Source: Thiomonas intermedia
GTDB taxonomy: Bacteria; Pseudomonadota; Gammaproteobacteria; Burkholderiales; Burkholderiaceae_C
NCBI GenBank assembly: GCA_020722545.1
Contig: DYKQ01000004.1
Coordinates: 833-64,832, forward strand
Direction of reading: 5' to 3'
Length of the DNA stretch: 64,000 nucleotides
In this document: positions 41,352 through 50,812 of the stretch, piece after piece
Numbering within the stretch: position 1 is the stretch's first letter
How the letters are laid out: every line of letters starts with the position of its first letter
Program-made: the position numbers and the translations under genes
The notes under the pieces: model-generated
Seen by the model: only the letters and a program-made list of their open reading frames with translations
What the model was told of the DNA's origin: nothing
Database searches by the model: none

Positions 41352-42599
41352 TCAGCGCAGCAGATCGAACAAGGTGCGCGCCACCACTTTGGTCGCGCGG
41401 CGCAGGTCTTCTAGCACGATGTGTTCGTCGGCGCGTTTGGCATTGCTCTCGCGCACGGTGCGCGGGCCCGCGCCGTAGATCACGGCGGGAATGCCGTGTT
41501 CAGCGTAAAGCCGCACATCGGTGTAGAGCGGGGTGCCGATGATCGGGACGGGTTCGCCGAACAGGGTTTGCGCATGGTGCTGCAGCGGCGTGGCCAGGCG
41601 CTCGAAGCCGGGAATGGGTTTGAGCGCACGCGCCAGCAGCATGCGGCGAATGTCCACGGTGATGCCGGGAATCGTGGCGGCGGCCTGTGCGATCACGCGT
41701 CGCAGTTCTGCTTCGACCGCCTCCGGGTCCTCTTCGGGAATCATGCGGCGGTCGAGCTTGAGCACCACCTTGCCCGGCACCACGTTGGTGTTGGCGCCGC
41801 CTTCGATCAGCCCGACGTTGAGATACGGGTGGTCGATGCCTTGCACCTGCGAATGCACCTGGCGGTAGATCGCGTTCTGGGCATAGAGGGCGTTCAGAAT
41901 GGCCACGGCGCCCTGCAGTGCGTCCACGCCGGTGTGCGCAATGGCGGCGTGCGCCATGATGCCGTGCACCGTCACTTCGAGTTGCAGGCAGCCGTTGTGG
42001 GCGTTGACCACCTGATAGCTGAAACCAGCGGCGATTTCCAGGTCGGGCTTGGTGAGGCCATGATCGAGCAGCCAGCCGGGGCCGAGCGTGCCGCCGAACT
42101 CTTCGTCGTAGGTGAAGTGCAGTTCGACGCCGCCCTTGAGCGGCACGCCCAGCGCCTCTAGGGCGCGCACGGCGAAGGTGTAGGTGGTGAAGTCGCATTT
42201 GCTCACGGCGGCGGCGCGGCCGTAGAGCTTGCCGTCTTCGATCTCGCCGCCGTAGGGGTCGTGCGTCCAGCCTTCGCCCGGCGGCACCACGTCGCCGTGG
42301 GCGTTGAGCGCGATGACCGGGCCGCCTGCGCCATAGCCGCGCCGCACGATGAGGTTGGTGATGGACTCCAGGCCCTGTTCCTTGCAGGCCTCGGAGGGAA
42401 TGGCGATTTTTTCGGCCGTCATGCCGAAGTTGGCCAGCAGTTGCGCGGTGCGCTCGGCATGCGGGGCGTTGTTGCCCGGCGGGGTGTCGGTGGGCACGCG
42501 CACCAGTTCCTGCAGCATGCGGGTCTGTTCGTCGAAGTGGGTATCGACCCAATGGTCGAGGGCGGCGTAGGTCGTTGAGTCGCGAGTGGCGTCGGTCAT
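41352..42599 (-). CDS. M20/ArgE-DapE-family hydrolase homolog with degenerate metal site
   Basis: NAHGDVVP, DGKLYGR, YDEEFGG, NVGLIEGGANTNVVP; ATGA overlap with the upstream gene. Confidence 0.85.
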   Translation of the reverse strand: MTDATRDSTTYAALDHWVDTHFDEQTRMLQELVRVPTDTPPGNNAPHAERTAQLLANFGMTAEKIAIPSEACKEQGLESITNLIVRRGYGAGGPVIALNAHGDVVPPGEGWTHDPYGGEIEDGKLYGRAAAVSKCDFTTYTFAVRALEALGVPLKGGVELHFTYDEEFGGTLGPGWLLDHGLTKPDLEIAAGFSYQVVNAHNGCLQLEVTVHGIMAHAAIAHTGVDALQGAVAILNALYAQNAIYRQVHSQVQGIDHPYLNVGLIEGGANTNVVPGKVVLKLDRRMIPEEDPEAVEAELRRVIAQAAATIPGITVDIRRMLLARALKPIPGFERLATPLQHHAQTLFGEPVPIIGTPLYTDVRLYAEHGIPAVIYGAGPRTVRESNAKRADEHIVLEDLRRATKVVARTLFDLLR

Positions 42600-44380
42600 G
42601 ATTGGGCGAAGTCGTCGAGTAGATGTTGGAAGGCGGCGCAGGCGAGGTCGAGATCGTCGGCCGTGCTGGATTCCAGCGGGTTGTGGCTGATGCCGGCGTT
42701 TTCGCCGCGCACGAACAGCATGGCCTGCGGCATGACGGTGTGCAGCATCATCGCGTCGTGCCCGGCCCCGCTGGGCAGGTGGTGCAGCGGCAGGCCGAGT
42801 GCGGCGACTGCGCGCTCCCAGCGTTGTTGCAGCACGGGGTCGCTGGTGGCGGCCTGCTCGCGCATGGTTTGTTCGAGGGTGAAGCGCAGCTTGCGGCGGG
42901 CGCAAATGGCGGCCAGCTCGGTGCGGGTGTCGGCCAGTACGGCGTCGCGCTGGGCATTGTTGGGCGCGCGGATGTCGATGCTGAAGCGGCAGCGGCCGGG
43001 CACCACATTGATCGACCCGCCAGGTACTTCAAGCAGTCCGACGGTGCCGACGCTGTCGCCATCGGCGGCGGCGCGGCGCTCAAGAAACAGCGCCAGTTCG
43101 GCGGCGGCGCAGGCGGCGTCGCGCCGCGCGTTCATTGGCGTGGCGCCGGCGTGGCTGGCCATGCCGATGATCTCGCCGACGCAGCGCACGCTGGCGTTGA
43201 TCGAGGTGACGATGCCCAGCGGCACGTCCAGCGCGTTCAGCACCGGGCCTTGTTCGATGTGCACTTCGACGAAGCCGAGGTAACGCGCCGGGTCGCGGCG
43301 CAGCGCCGCAATGGCGGGCAAGTCTGCGGGTAGTCCGGCGTGTCGCATGGCGTCGCGCATGGAGATGCCGTCGCGGTCTTGCTGGTCGAGCCAGGCCGGG
43401 TTGAAAGCGCCGGTGAGCGCGCCCGATCCGAGGAAGGTGGCCTTGTAGCGCTGTCCTTCCTCTTCGGCGAAGGCCACGACTTCGAGGCCGAAGGGCAGTC
43501 GCCGACCCGCGCGGTGCATGGCGCGCACGCAGGCCATGGGAATGAAGTGGCCGATGCGGCCGTCGTACTTGCCCGCGTTGCGCACAGTGTCGTAATGGCT
43601 GCCGGTGAGCAGGCGCGGGGCTGCGGGATCGCCGCCCTGGTAGACGCCGACCACATTGCCCACGGCGTCGATGTTCACCGTGTCGAAGCCGCATTCGCGC
43701 ATGGTGGCGGCAATTTCGGCGGCCGCAGCGCGGTGCGCGTCGGTGAGGTAGGTGGTGGTGAGTTCGTCGCGTTCTTTCCACGCCGGTTCGCTGTGCGTGG
43801 CGAGGTGTTCGCACCAGTCCCACACGCGGTTGCCTTGTTCCGGCACGAAGCCGAATTTGTCGTTCAGCCGCAGTTCGGCAATGCGGTGGATCTGGCGCAG
43901 GGCCTCGGCAAACTCGAAGTCCGGCGGGTTGTCGATGCGGCGTTCCAGCGTGGCGATGATCTGCGCCCGGCTCAGCCCGGCGCCGCGCGGCCCGCGCACC
44001 GCGAGGATGAAGGGCCAGCCAAAGCGCGCGGTGTACTCGGCGTTGAGCGCGTTGATGCGGTCGAACTCTTCGGGGGTGCAGTGCGCCAGCCCGGCGCGCG
44101 ATTGCTCCTGCGTGGACTCCGCCGTGAGCTGGCCCGCCACGGCCGCCTTGCCCGCCAACTCCGGGTGGGCGCGAATCAGGCCGAGCTGTTCATCGCGGCT
44201 GGCCTGGCGCACTGTCTGCACCAGCGCCGCCTTGAGCGCGGCCAGAGTGGGAAACGGGCTGGAAAACGGGCGGGCCGCCCAGGTGCGCGCGGCGATCCAG
44301 GGCGAGTGTTCATAAACGCCGTCGAGCAGATCGGTGAAAGCGGGCGCCGACGCGGCATTGAGTTCAGCCAGAGTAGGCAT
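42596..44380 (-). CDS. uraD: OHCU decarboxylase (UraD) - allantoate amidohydrolase fusion
   Basis: N-terminal YEHSPW, AHPELAG, ESTQEQ, FGWPFILAV; C-terminal GSHYDTV, GKYDG, AEEEG, EVHIEQGP, SGAGHDA, GISHNPLE. Confidence 0.9.
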   Translation of the reverse strand: MPTLAELNAASAPAFTDLLDGVYEHSPWIAARTWAARPFSSPFPTLAALKAALVQTVRQASRDEQLGLIRAHPELAGKAAVAGQLTAESTQEQSRAGLAHCTPEEFDRINALNAEYTARFGWPFILAVRGPRGAGLSRAQIIATLERRIDNPPDFEFAEALRQIHRIAELRLNDKFGFVPEQGNRVWDWCEHLATHSEPAWKERDELTTTYLTDAHRAAAAEIAATMRECGFDTVNIDAVGNVVGVYQGGDPAAPRLLTGSHYDTVRNAGKYDGRIGHFIPMACVRAMHRAGRRLPFGLEVVAFAEEEGQRYKATFLGSGALTGAFNPAWLDQQDRDGISMRDAMRHAGLPADLPAIAALRRDPARYLGFVEVHIEQGPVLNALDVPLGIVTSINASVRCVGEIIGMASHAGATPMNARRDAACAAAELALFLERRAAADGDSVGTVGLLEVPGGSINVVPGRCRFSIDIRAPNNAQRDAVLADTRTELAAICARRKLRFTLEQTMREQAATSDPVLQQRWERAVAALGLPLHHLPSGAGHDAMMLHTVMPQAMLFVRGENAGISHNPLESSTADDLDLACAAFQHLLDDFAQS

Positions 44381-44382
44381 GA

Positions 44383-45327
44383 TCACTCCCAGACAAAAGC
44401 GGTGGCCGCATCGAAGGGATGCTCGGCGCGCCAGTGGTGTGCAATGTCGATGCGGCGCGCGATCCACACCCGGTCGTGGCGCTGCACATGGTCGAGAAAG
44501 CGCTGCAACGCACGGATGCGGCCGGGCCTGCCGAGCAGGCGCGCGTGCATGCCGATGCTGAGCATCTTCGGCCGGTCTTCCCCTTCGGCGTAGAGTGCGT
44601 CGAAGCTGTCGCGCAGGTAGATGTAGAAGTCTTCGGCCTGCGCAAAACCCTGGGGCAGAGCGAAGCGCATGTCGTTGCTGTCGAGCGTGTAGGGCACGAC
44701 CAGATGGGGCGCAAGGCTGCCGTCGGTCTTGCGCACTTGCAGCCAGAAGGGCAGGTCGTCGCCGTAATAGTCGCTGTCGTAGGCGAAGCCGCCGAAGTCG
44801 GCCACCAGGCGGCGGGTATTGGGGCTGTCGCGGCCGGTATACCAGCCCAGCGGACGCACGCCGCAGACGGCTTCGATCGCCTCCACGCCAAGCCGCATGT
44901 GCTCGCGCTCGGTGGCTTCGTCGAGGTTTTGATAGTGAATCCAGCGCCAGCCGTGACAGGCGATTTCATGGCCGAGTTCCACGCAGGCGCAGGCCAGATC
45001 GGGCGTGCGCTGCAAGGCCATGCCCACGCCGAAGACAGTGAGCGGCAGGCCGCGCTGTTCAAACTCGCGCAGGATGCGCCACACCCCCGCGCGCGAGCCG
45101 TAGTCATAAATGCTCTCCATGCTCAGGTGCCGCGCCGGGAAGGACGGCGGATTGAACAGTTCGGAGAGGAACTGTTCGCTGCCGACGTCGCCATGCAGCA
45201 CACAGCTCTCGCCGCCTTCCTCGATGTTGAGCACGAACTGCAGCGCCACGCGGGCCCCGTTCGGCCAGTGCGGATGCGGCGGGTTGCGGCCGTAGCCGAC
45301 GAGGTCGCGGGGGTAAGGGCGTGTCAT
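44383..45327 (-). CDS. puuE: Allantoinase PuuE (polysaccharide deacetylase fold)
   Basis: YPRDLVGYG, EEGGE, SEQFLSE, CHGWRW, GWYTGRDSPNT, PYTLDSNDMRF. Confidence 0.93.
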   Translation of the reverse strand: MTRPYPRDLVGYGRNPPHPHWPNGARVALQFVLNIEEGGESCVLHGDVGSEQFLSELFNPPSFPARHLSMESIYDYGSRAGVWRILREFEQRGLPLTVFGVGMALQRTPDLACACVELGHEIACHGWRWIHYQNLDEATEREHMRLGVEAIEAVCGVRPLGWYTGRDSPNTRRLVADFGGFAYDSDYYGDDLPFWLQVRKTDGSLAPHLVVPYTLDSNDMRFALPQGFAQAEDFYIYLRDSFDALYAEGEDRPKMLSIGMHARLLGRPGRIRALQRFLDHVQRHDRVWIARRIDIAHHWRAEHPFDAATAFVWE

Positions 45328-45340
45328 GATCCTGGAGAGG

Positions 45341-46099
45341 TCAGGCTGCGTCGGGACGGAGCGCCAGGGCGAGATCGGCGTTGCTGGTTCTCGGGTGATA
45401 GAGCAGACTGCTTTCGGTGGCCAGCAGATGGGCCTCCATCAAGGCCTTGGCCTGGGCGACGTCGCGCGCTTCCAGGGCCTTGAGGATGTCCACATGCTCG
45501 TCGGAGGAATACTGCGCAGCGCGCGACGATTGATACATCAGGGTGATCAGGGCGCAGCGCGAGATCAGCTCCGAGAGAATCTGCGCCAGCACATGATTGC
45601 CGGTGCGCTGGGCCATCAGCACATGAAAGTCGCCGAGCAGGCGGGTGCGGCCGGTCACGTCCACGCGGCCGACGACAGCCTGTTCCTGCTTGAGGTGAGC
45701 GCGCAGGGCGCGGAAATCCGCTGGCGTGGCGCGGTCGCAAAACACCTCCACCAGATGCTGCTCTAGCATCCGGCGTACCGCGAACACCTGCTGCGCTTCC
45801 TCCACCGAGGGCTGCGCCACAAAGGCGCCGCGCGCGGGCTCCAGCGTGACCAGGTGATCGCGTGCCAACTGAAACAAGGCCTGCCGCACGATGGTGCGCG
45901 AGACGCCATAGATCGCCGCGATCTTCTGCTCGGTGAGCTTGGCGCCGGGCGCCAGGCGGTGTTCGATGATGGCCGCGGTGATGGCCGCGACGATGGTCTG
46001 CGTCGAGTCGGCCAGCGGGCTTTCGGCAGCCGCCACCGCACTCACCGCCGCCCCTGCAGAAGTTCGAGCCTTCGAGGTTTTTTTGCGGCTTGTCGTCAT
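45341..46099 (-). CDS. GntR/FadR-family regulator (FCD domain)
   Basis: RLAPGAKLTE..IA..YGVSRTIVRQAL HTH; FCD-type C-terminus; AGGAG RBS before ATG 46099. Confidence 0.9.
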   Translation of the reverse strand: MTTSRKKTSKARTSAGAAVSAVAAAESPLADSTQTIVAAITAAIIEHRLAPGAKLTEQKIAAIYGVSRTIVRQALFQLARDHLVTLEPARGAFVAQPSVEEAQQVFAVRRMLEQHLVEVFCDRATPADFRALRAHLKQEQAVVGRVDVTGRTRLLGDFHVLMAQRTGNHVLAQILSELISRCALITLMYQSSRAAQYSSDEHVDILKALEARDVAQAKALMEAHLLATESSLLYHPRTSNADLALALRPDAA

Positions 46100-46189
46100 G
46101 GTCTCACTCCTTGCGATGTTTTCCGGCACGGTGCTTGCTTTCTCCAGGGCGTGTCCACTTGCATTGTTGTGATTCTGCTTGACTTGCAA

Positions 46190-46221
46190 TAGCATACAAC
46201 CCAGATTCATATTGTATGCAA
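46190..46221. promoter_or_regulatory. Two putative GntR operators in the divergent promoter
   Basis: TAGCATACAA (46190-46199) and TTGTATGCAA (46212-46221), both near the TTGTATACAA palindrome; TTGACT -35 immediately upstream. Confidence 0.65.
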
Positions 46222-46260
46222 GAAAGTGGGCCGAAATCGACGAATGGATCGATGATCACA

Positions 46261-46614
46261 ATGGGCGCCTTGACCACACACATTCTCGACACCGCGCATG
46301 GACGGCCGGCCGCTGCCGTGCAAATTGATCTGTACGCCGAGCAAGGCGCAGAGTGGGTGCTGTTGCGCTCCGTGCAGACCAATGTCGACGGTCGTTGCGA
46401 TCGGCCGCTGTTGCAAGGCGTCGATCTGCAGCCCGGAAGATACCGGCTGGTGTTCCAGATCGGGGCCTATTTCAGGGCGCTGGGAATGACCTTGCCGCAG
46501 CCGCCTTTTCTCGATCAGATTCCCCTGGAGTTCGGCGTGGCCGATGCGCAGCAGCACTATCACGTGCCCTTGCTGGTGTCGCCCTGGAGTTATTCGACTT
46601 ATCGCGGCAGTTGA
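46261..46614 (+). CDS. uraH: 5-hydroxyisourate hydrolase (transthyretin-like)
   Basis: LTTHILD, TNVDGR, HYHVPLL, C-terminal YRGS. Confidence 0.95.
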   Translation: MGALTTHILDTAHGRPAAAVQIDLYAEQGAEWVLLRSVQTNVDGRCDRPLLQGVDLQPGRYRLVFQIGAYFRALGMTLPQPPFLDQIPLEFGVADAQQHYHVPLLVSPWSYSTYRGS

Positions 46615-46742
46615 TACAGCTTGCCGCTTGAACCAGGATCGCCGCAGCGCGGTGCGCCATTGCAGATGGCACGCGATCCGACTGACTTTCGCAGGGCCTG
46701 CCGTGGCGGAAGTCGCCTTCATATGACCTTTTAGGAGACGTC

Positions 46743-47948
46743 ATGATGAGCGACTTGATGACCACCATCCTGCCCTACGCCATGAACTGGGCCGATCTGC
46801 TGCTGCGCTGGCTGCACGTCATCGTGGCGATTGCCTGGATTGGTTCTTCGTTTTATTTCGTCTGGCTCGACAACAGCCTGGAGAAGCCCACCGACCCGGA
46901 GTTGAAGGCCAGGGGAGTGGATGGGGAACTGTGGGCGGTGCATGGCGGGGGCTTCTACAACCCGCAGAAATACATGGTTGCGCCGAAGAACCTGCCGCAG
47001 CATCTGCACTGGTTTTATTGGGAGAGCTATTCCACCTGGCTGTCGGGGTTTGCCCTGCTGTGCGTGCTGTACTTCTATCACGCCGACATTTTCATCGTCG
47101 ATCCGCGGGTGTTTGCCTGGAGTTCGCCGGGGTACGCGGTGGCGGCCATGCTGGGCTTTCTCGTCGTCGGCTGGTTGGTCTATGACGGCATCTGCCGGGT
47201 GTTCGGTCAGTGCAAAAATGGCGACCTCACCGTGGGCATTCTGGTCGCGGTGTATGTGGTCATTGCGGCCTGGCTGGCCTGCCATTTGTTTGCCGGGCGG
47301 GCGGCGTTTCTGATCATCGGCGCCATGCTCGGCTCCTCGATGAGTGCCAATGTGTTTTTCTGGATCATCCCCGGTCAGCGCCGGGTGGTGGCGGCCATGC
47401 GCGCCGGGCAGACGCCCGACCCGATGGATGGCAAGCGCGGCAAGCAGCGCAGCGTGCACAACACCTACTTCACCCTGCCGGTGCTGTTCGCCATGCTGTC
47501 CAACCACTACAGCTTCGTGTATGACGCGCCGAACAACTGGCTGGTGCTGGTGCTGATGATGCTGGCCGGCGCGCTCATCCGCCAGTTCTTCGTGCTTAAA
47601 CACAAAGGCGCCTGGAAGTGGCCATACTGGATCGTGGGTGGCGGCCTCATTCTGGCCGTGGCCGTAGCGCTCGCGCCCAAGCCGCAGCCCTCGTTGGCAA
47701 ACGCGAAACCGATCACGTTCGCGCAGGTGCAGCACATCGTGCAGGAGCGCTGCCTGTTGTGCCACTCCGGTGCAGCGGCCAGCAAAGGGGTGCGTCTGGA
47801 TTCGGCGCCGGACATCGTCAGCCACGCGCAGGCGATTTATCAGCAGGTGGTGGTGCTCAAGGCCATGCCGCTGAACAACGCTACGCAGATGACCGATCTG
47901 GAGCGCGCCGAAATCGGGCAGTGGATCAAAGACGGCGCCAAGTCCTGA
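46743..47948 (+). CDS. puuD: Membrane urate hydroxylase PuuD with C-terminal cytochrome c
   Basis: RWLHV..AWIGSSFYF, VHGGGFY, RSVHNTY, heme motif CLLCH and axial-Met MP. Confidence 0.9.
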   Translation: MMSDLMTTILPYAMNWADLLLRWLHVIVAIAWIGSSFYFVWLDNSLEKPTDPELKARGVDGELWAVHGGGFYNPQKYMVAPKNLPQHLHWFYWESYSTWLSGFALLCVLYFYHADIFIVDPRVFAWSSPGYAVAAMLGFLVVGWLVYDGICRVFGQCKNGDLTVGILVAVYVVIAAWLACHLFAGRAAFLIIGAMLGSSMSANVFFWIIPGQRRVVAAMRAGQTPDPMDGKRGKQRSVHNTYFTLPVLFAMLSNHYSFVYDAPNNWLVLVLMMLAGALIRQFFVLKHKGAWKWPYWIVGGGLILAVAVALAPKPQPSLANAKPITFAQVQHIVQERCLLCHSGAAASKGVRLDSAPDIVSHAQAIYQQVVVLKAMPLNNATQMTDLERAEIGQWIKDGAKS

Positions 47949-48092
47949 CCGCTGGATGCTCATGGGACATACGCCCCGGCCAGGAGCCTGTCTGACTTGG
48001 CAAGCCTGCGAGGCAAAAAGGCAGTGCGCAGCGCTCTTGCCAGACCGGTCTGTTATGGTTCCCAGCCGATCTATCCATGACGTGAAACCCGC

Positions 48093-48857
48093 ATGCCCCT
48101 TCTCGTTCTCGACGTTGGCAATACCCGGCTGAAATGGGGTCTGTATGCGCGAGCGCAACCCAACGCGGAGTTGCTCTCCGGCGGGGCCATGCTGCTGGAA
48201 GAGGTCGATCAACTCAGCCGCGTGCTGACCAAGCAACCTCGCGCGGATCGGGTCATCGGCTGTGCCGTCGCCGGCGCCGTCGTCACCGCACGGGTGTGCG
48301 CCGAGATCGATGCGCTTGGACTGCGCTGCAACTGGATCAGCGCGCAGGCCGAACAATGCGGCGTGCGCAACAGTTATGCGACGCCCTCGCTGTTGGGAGC
48401 TGATCGCTGGGCGGCGCAACTCGGTGCGCGACAGCGCGTGCCCGACCAGGCGGCGATGGTCATCAGCGTCGGCACCGCCGTCACGGTGGACTGCATCAGT
48501 CGCGAAGGGGTGTTCATCGGCGGCATCATCCTGCCCGGTTTTGGCTTGATGCTCAAAGCGCTGGAGATGGGCACAGCCGGGTTGCGCGTGCCGGAAGGCG
48601 AAATCAGCGACTTTCCGACCAACACCAGTGACGCGCTGATGACCGGCGGCGCGCTCGCCATCTCAGGCGCGGCGCGGCAGATGCATGCGCGTCTGCAGGC
48701 GCGCGCGCAGGGCGATGTGACGGTGTTGCTCACCGGCGGCGCTGCGCCCAAGCTGCACGATGCCCTGGGGCTGCCGTATCGGTATGTCGAACACCTGGTG
48801 TTCGAGGGTCTGTTGTGCATCGCGGCGCAGCAGTCGCAGTCACATCAGAGCACGTAG
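48093..48857 (+). CDS. coaX: Type III pantothenate kinase
   Basis: [30 protein letters not shown]. Confidence 0.92.
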   Translation: MPLLVLDVGNTRLKWGLYARAQPNAELLSGGAMLLEEVDQLSRVLTKQPRADRVIGCAVAGAVVTARVCAEIDALGLRCNWISAQAEQCGVRNSYATPSLLGADRWAAQLGARQRVPDQAAMVISVGTAVTVDCISREGVFIGGIILPGFGLMLKALEMGTAGLRVPEGEISDFPTNTSDALMTGGALAISGAARQMHARLQARAQGDVTVLLTGGAAPKLHDALGLPYRYVEHLVFEGLLCIAAQQSQSHQST

Positions 48858-50173
48858 CGCGACAGGTCTTCGTCGCGGGCGATGTCGCCCAGACGTTCGT
48901 TGACCATCGCCGCATCGACTTTCACGGTGCTGTGCTGCGCACCGTCGGCGTGAAACGACACCTCTTCGAGCAGCCGCTCCATCACCGTGTGCAGCCGCCG
49001 CGCGCCGATGTTTTCGGTCTTTTCGTTCACCTGAAAGGCCACTTCTGCCATGCGGCGAATACCGTCGGCGGTGAAATCGAGCTGCACGCCGTCGGTGGCG
49101 AGCAGCGCCGCATACTGCTTGGTGAGGCTGGCGTCGGTGCTGGTGAGAATGGCCTCGAAATCGGCAACCGAGAGCGACTCCAGTTCCACCCGAATGGGGA
49201 AGCGTCCCTGCAGCTCGGGAATCAGGTCAGAAGGCTTGGAGACGTGAAACGCGCCGCTGGCGATGAACAGAATGTGGTCGGTGCGCACCATGCCGTATTT
49301 GGTGCTGACCGTCGTGCCTTCCACCAGCGGCAGCAGGTCGCGCTGCACGCCCTGGCGGGAGACGTCGGCGCCCTGGGTGTCGCTGCGCGAAGCGACCTTG
49401 TCGATCTCGTCAAGGAACACGATGCCGTTCTGCTCCACCGCGCGCAGCGCGCCGGCCTTGATCTCGTCCTCATTGACCAGTTTGGCGGCTTCTTCGTCGA
49501 TCAGCAGCTTCTGCGCTTCGCGCACCGTGACCTTGCGCGTCTTGCTGCGCGTTTGCCCCATATTGGCGAACATGGAGCGGATCTGCTCGGTCATGTCCTC
49601 CATGCCGGGCGGGCCCATGATGTCCACGCTGGCTGGGTGTACCGCAAGGTCGATCTCGATTTCCTTGTCGTCGAGCTGGCCTTCGCGCAGGCGCTTGCGC
49701 AGCATTTGCCGGGTCGGATTGGTCTCGGTGACGGACGCAGTGTGACCGCTGGAATCTGCTGGCGCGGGCAGCAGCACGTCGAGGATGCGGTCTTCCGCGC
49801 GGTCTTCGGCGCGGGCGCGTTGCTGGCGCATGGCGGTCTCGCGCGCCAGCTTCACGGCAGCCTCCATCAGGTCGCGGATGATGGTGTCCACATCGCGCCC
49901 GACGTAACCCACTTCGGTGAACTTGGTGGCCTCGATTTTGATGAACGGCGCGTCGGCCAGCTTGGCCAGACGGCGCGCAATCTCGGTCTTGCCCACGCCG
50001 GTCGGGCCGATCATCAGAATGTTCTTTGGGGTGATTTCGTGCCGCAGCGGCTCGGCGACCTGCTGACGGCGCCAGCGGTTGCGCAGGGCGATGGCCACCG
50101 CCTGCTTGGCCTTGGCCTGGCCGATGACAAAACGGTCGAGCTCGGAGACGATCTCACGGGGAGTCATGTTCAT
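48845..50173 (-). CDS. hslU: ATP-dependent protease ATPase subunit HslU
   Basis: [31 protein letters not shown]. Confidence 0.97.
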   Translation of the reverse strand: MNMTPREIVSELDRFVIGQAKAKQAVAIALRNRWRRQQVAEPLRHEITPKNILMIGPTGVGKTEIARRLAKLADAPFIKIEATKFTEVGYVGRDVDTIIRDLMEAAVKLARETAMRQQRARAEDRAEDRILDVLLPAPADSSGHTASVTETNPTRQMLRKRLREGQLDDKEIEIDLAVHPASVDIMGPPGMEDMTEQIRSMFANMGQTRSKTRKVTVREAQKLLIDEEAAKLVNEDEIKAGALRAVEQNGIVFLDEIDKVASRSDTQGADVSRQGVQRDLLPLVEGTTVSTKYGMVRTDHILFIASGAFHVSKPSDLIPELQGRFPIRVELESLSVADFEAILTSTDASLTKQYAALLATDGVQLDFTADGIRRMAEVAFQVNEKTENIGARRLHTVMERLLEEVSFHADGAQHSTVKVDAAMVNERLGDIARDEDLSRYVL

Positions 50174-50177
50174 GGTT

Positions 50178-50717
50178 TTACTCACCCAGTGTTTCGATGG
50201 TGTGCGACTGGTTGGTGTAGATGCAGATGTCGCCCGCAATCTTCAGCGATTGGGCGACGATCTCGCGCGGGCTCAGCGCGGTGTGTTCCAGCAAGGCTCG
50301 GGCGGCCGACTGCGCATACGCGCCTCCTGAGCCGATGGCGACGATGCCGTATTCGGGTTCGAGCACATCGCCATTGCCGGTGATGATGAGCGAGTGCTCG
50401 GCATCGGCCACCGAGAGCATGGCTTCCAGGCGGCGCAGCATGCGGTCGGTGCGCCAGTCTTTGGCCAGTTCGACCGCGCTGCGCATCAACTGCCCCTGGT
50501 GCTTTTCCAGCTTGGCCTCGAAGCGCTCGAACAGGGTGAAGGCATCGGCCGTTCCCCCGGCGAAGCCAGCCAGAATCTGGTTGTTGTAGAGCCTGCGCAC
50601 CTTGCGCGCAGTGGACTTGACGATGATGTTGCCGAGCGTCACCTGACCGTCGCCGCCCAGGGCGACGGTGGCGCCGCGGCGCACGCTGAGGATGGTGGTG
50701 CCGTGATATTGATCCAT
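50178..50717 (-). CDS. hslV: ATP-dependent protease subunit HslV
   Basis: HGTTILSV (Thr nucleophile), [27 protein letters not shown]. Confidence 0.97.
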   Translation of the reverse strand: MDQYHGTTILSVRRGATVALGGDGQVTLGNIIVKSTARKVRRLYNNQILAGFAGGTADAFTLFERFEAKLEKHQGQLMRSAVELAKDWRTDRMLRRLEAMLSVADAEHSLIITGNGDVLEPEYGIVAIGSGGAYAQSAARALLEHTALSPREIVAQSLKIAGDICIYTNQSHTIETLGE

Positions 50718-50726
50718 GCCGGGATG

Positions 50727-50751
50727 TAAGGGTGGGAGTAGAAAACTCAAG
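50727..50751 (-). promoter_or_regulatory. Putative sigma32 promoter of hslVU
   Basis: Minus strand CTTGAG-N13-CCCTTA, 9 nt before the ATG. Confidence 0.5.
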
Positions 50752-50812
50752 AGGCGGCAGCCCGGCAGTGCAACAGCCGCTTTGCCGCGGCTGGACGGTT
50801 CCGAGCAGAACC

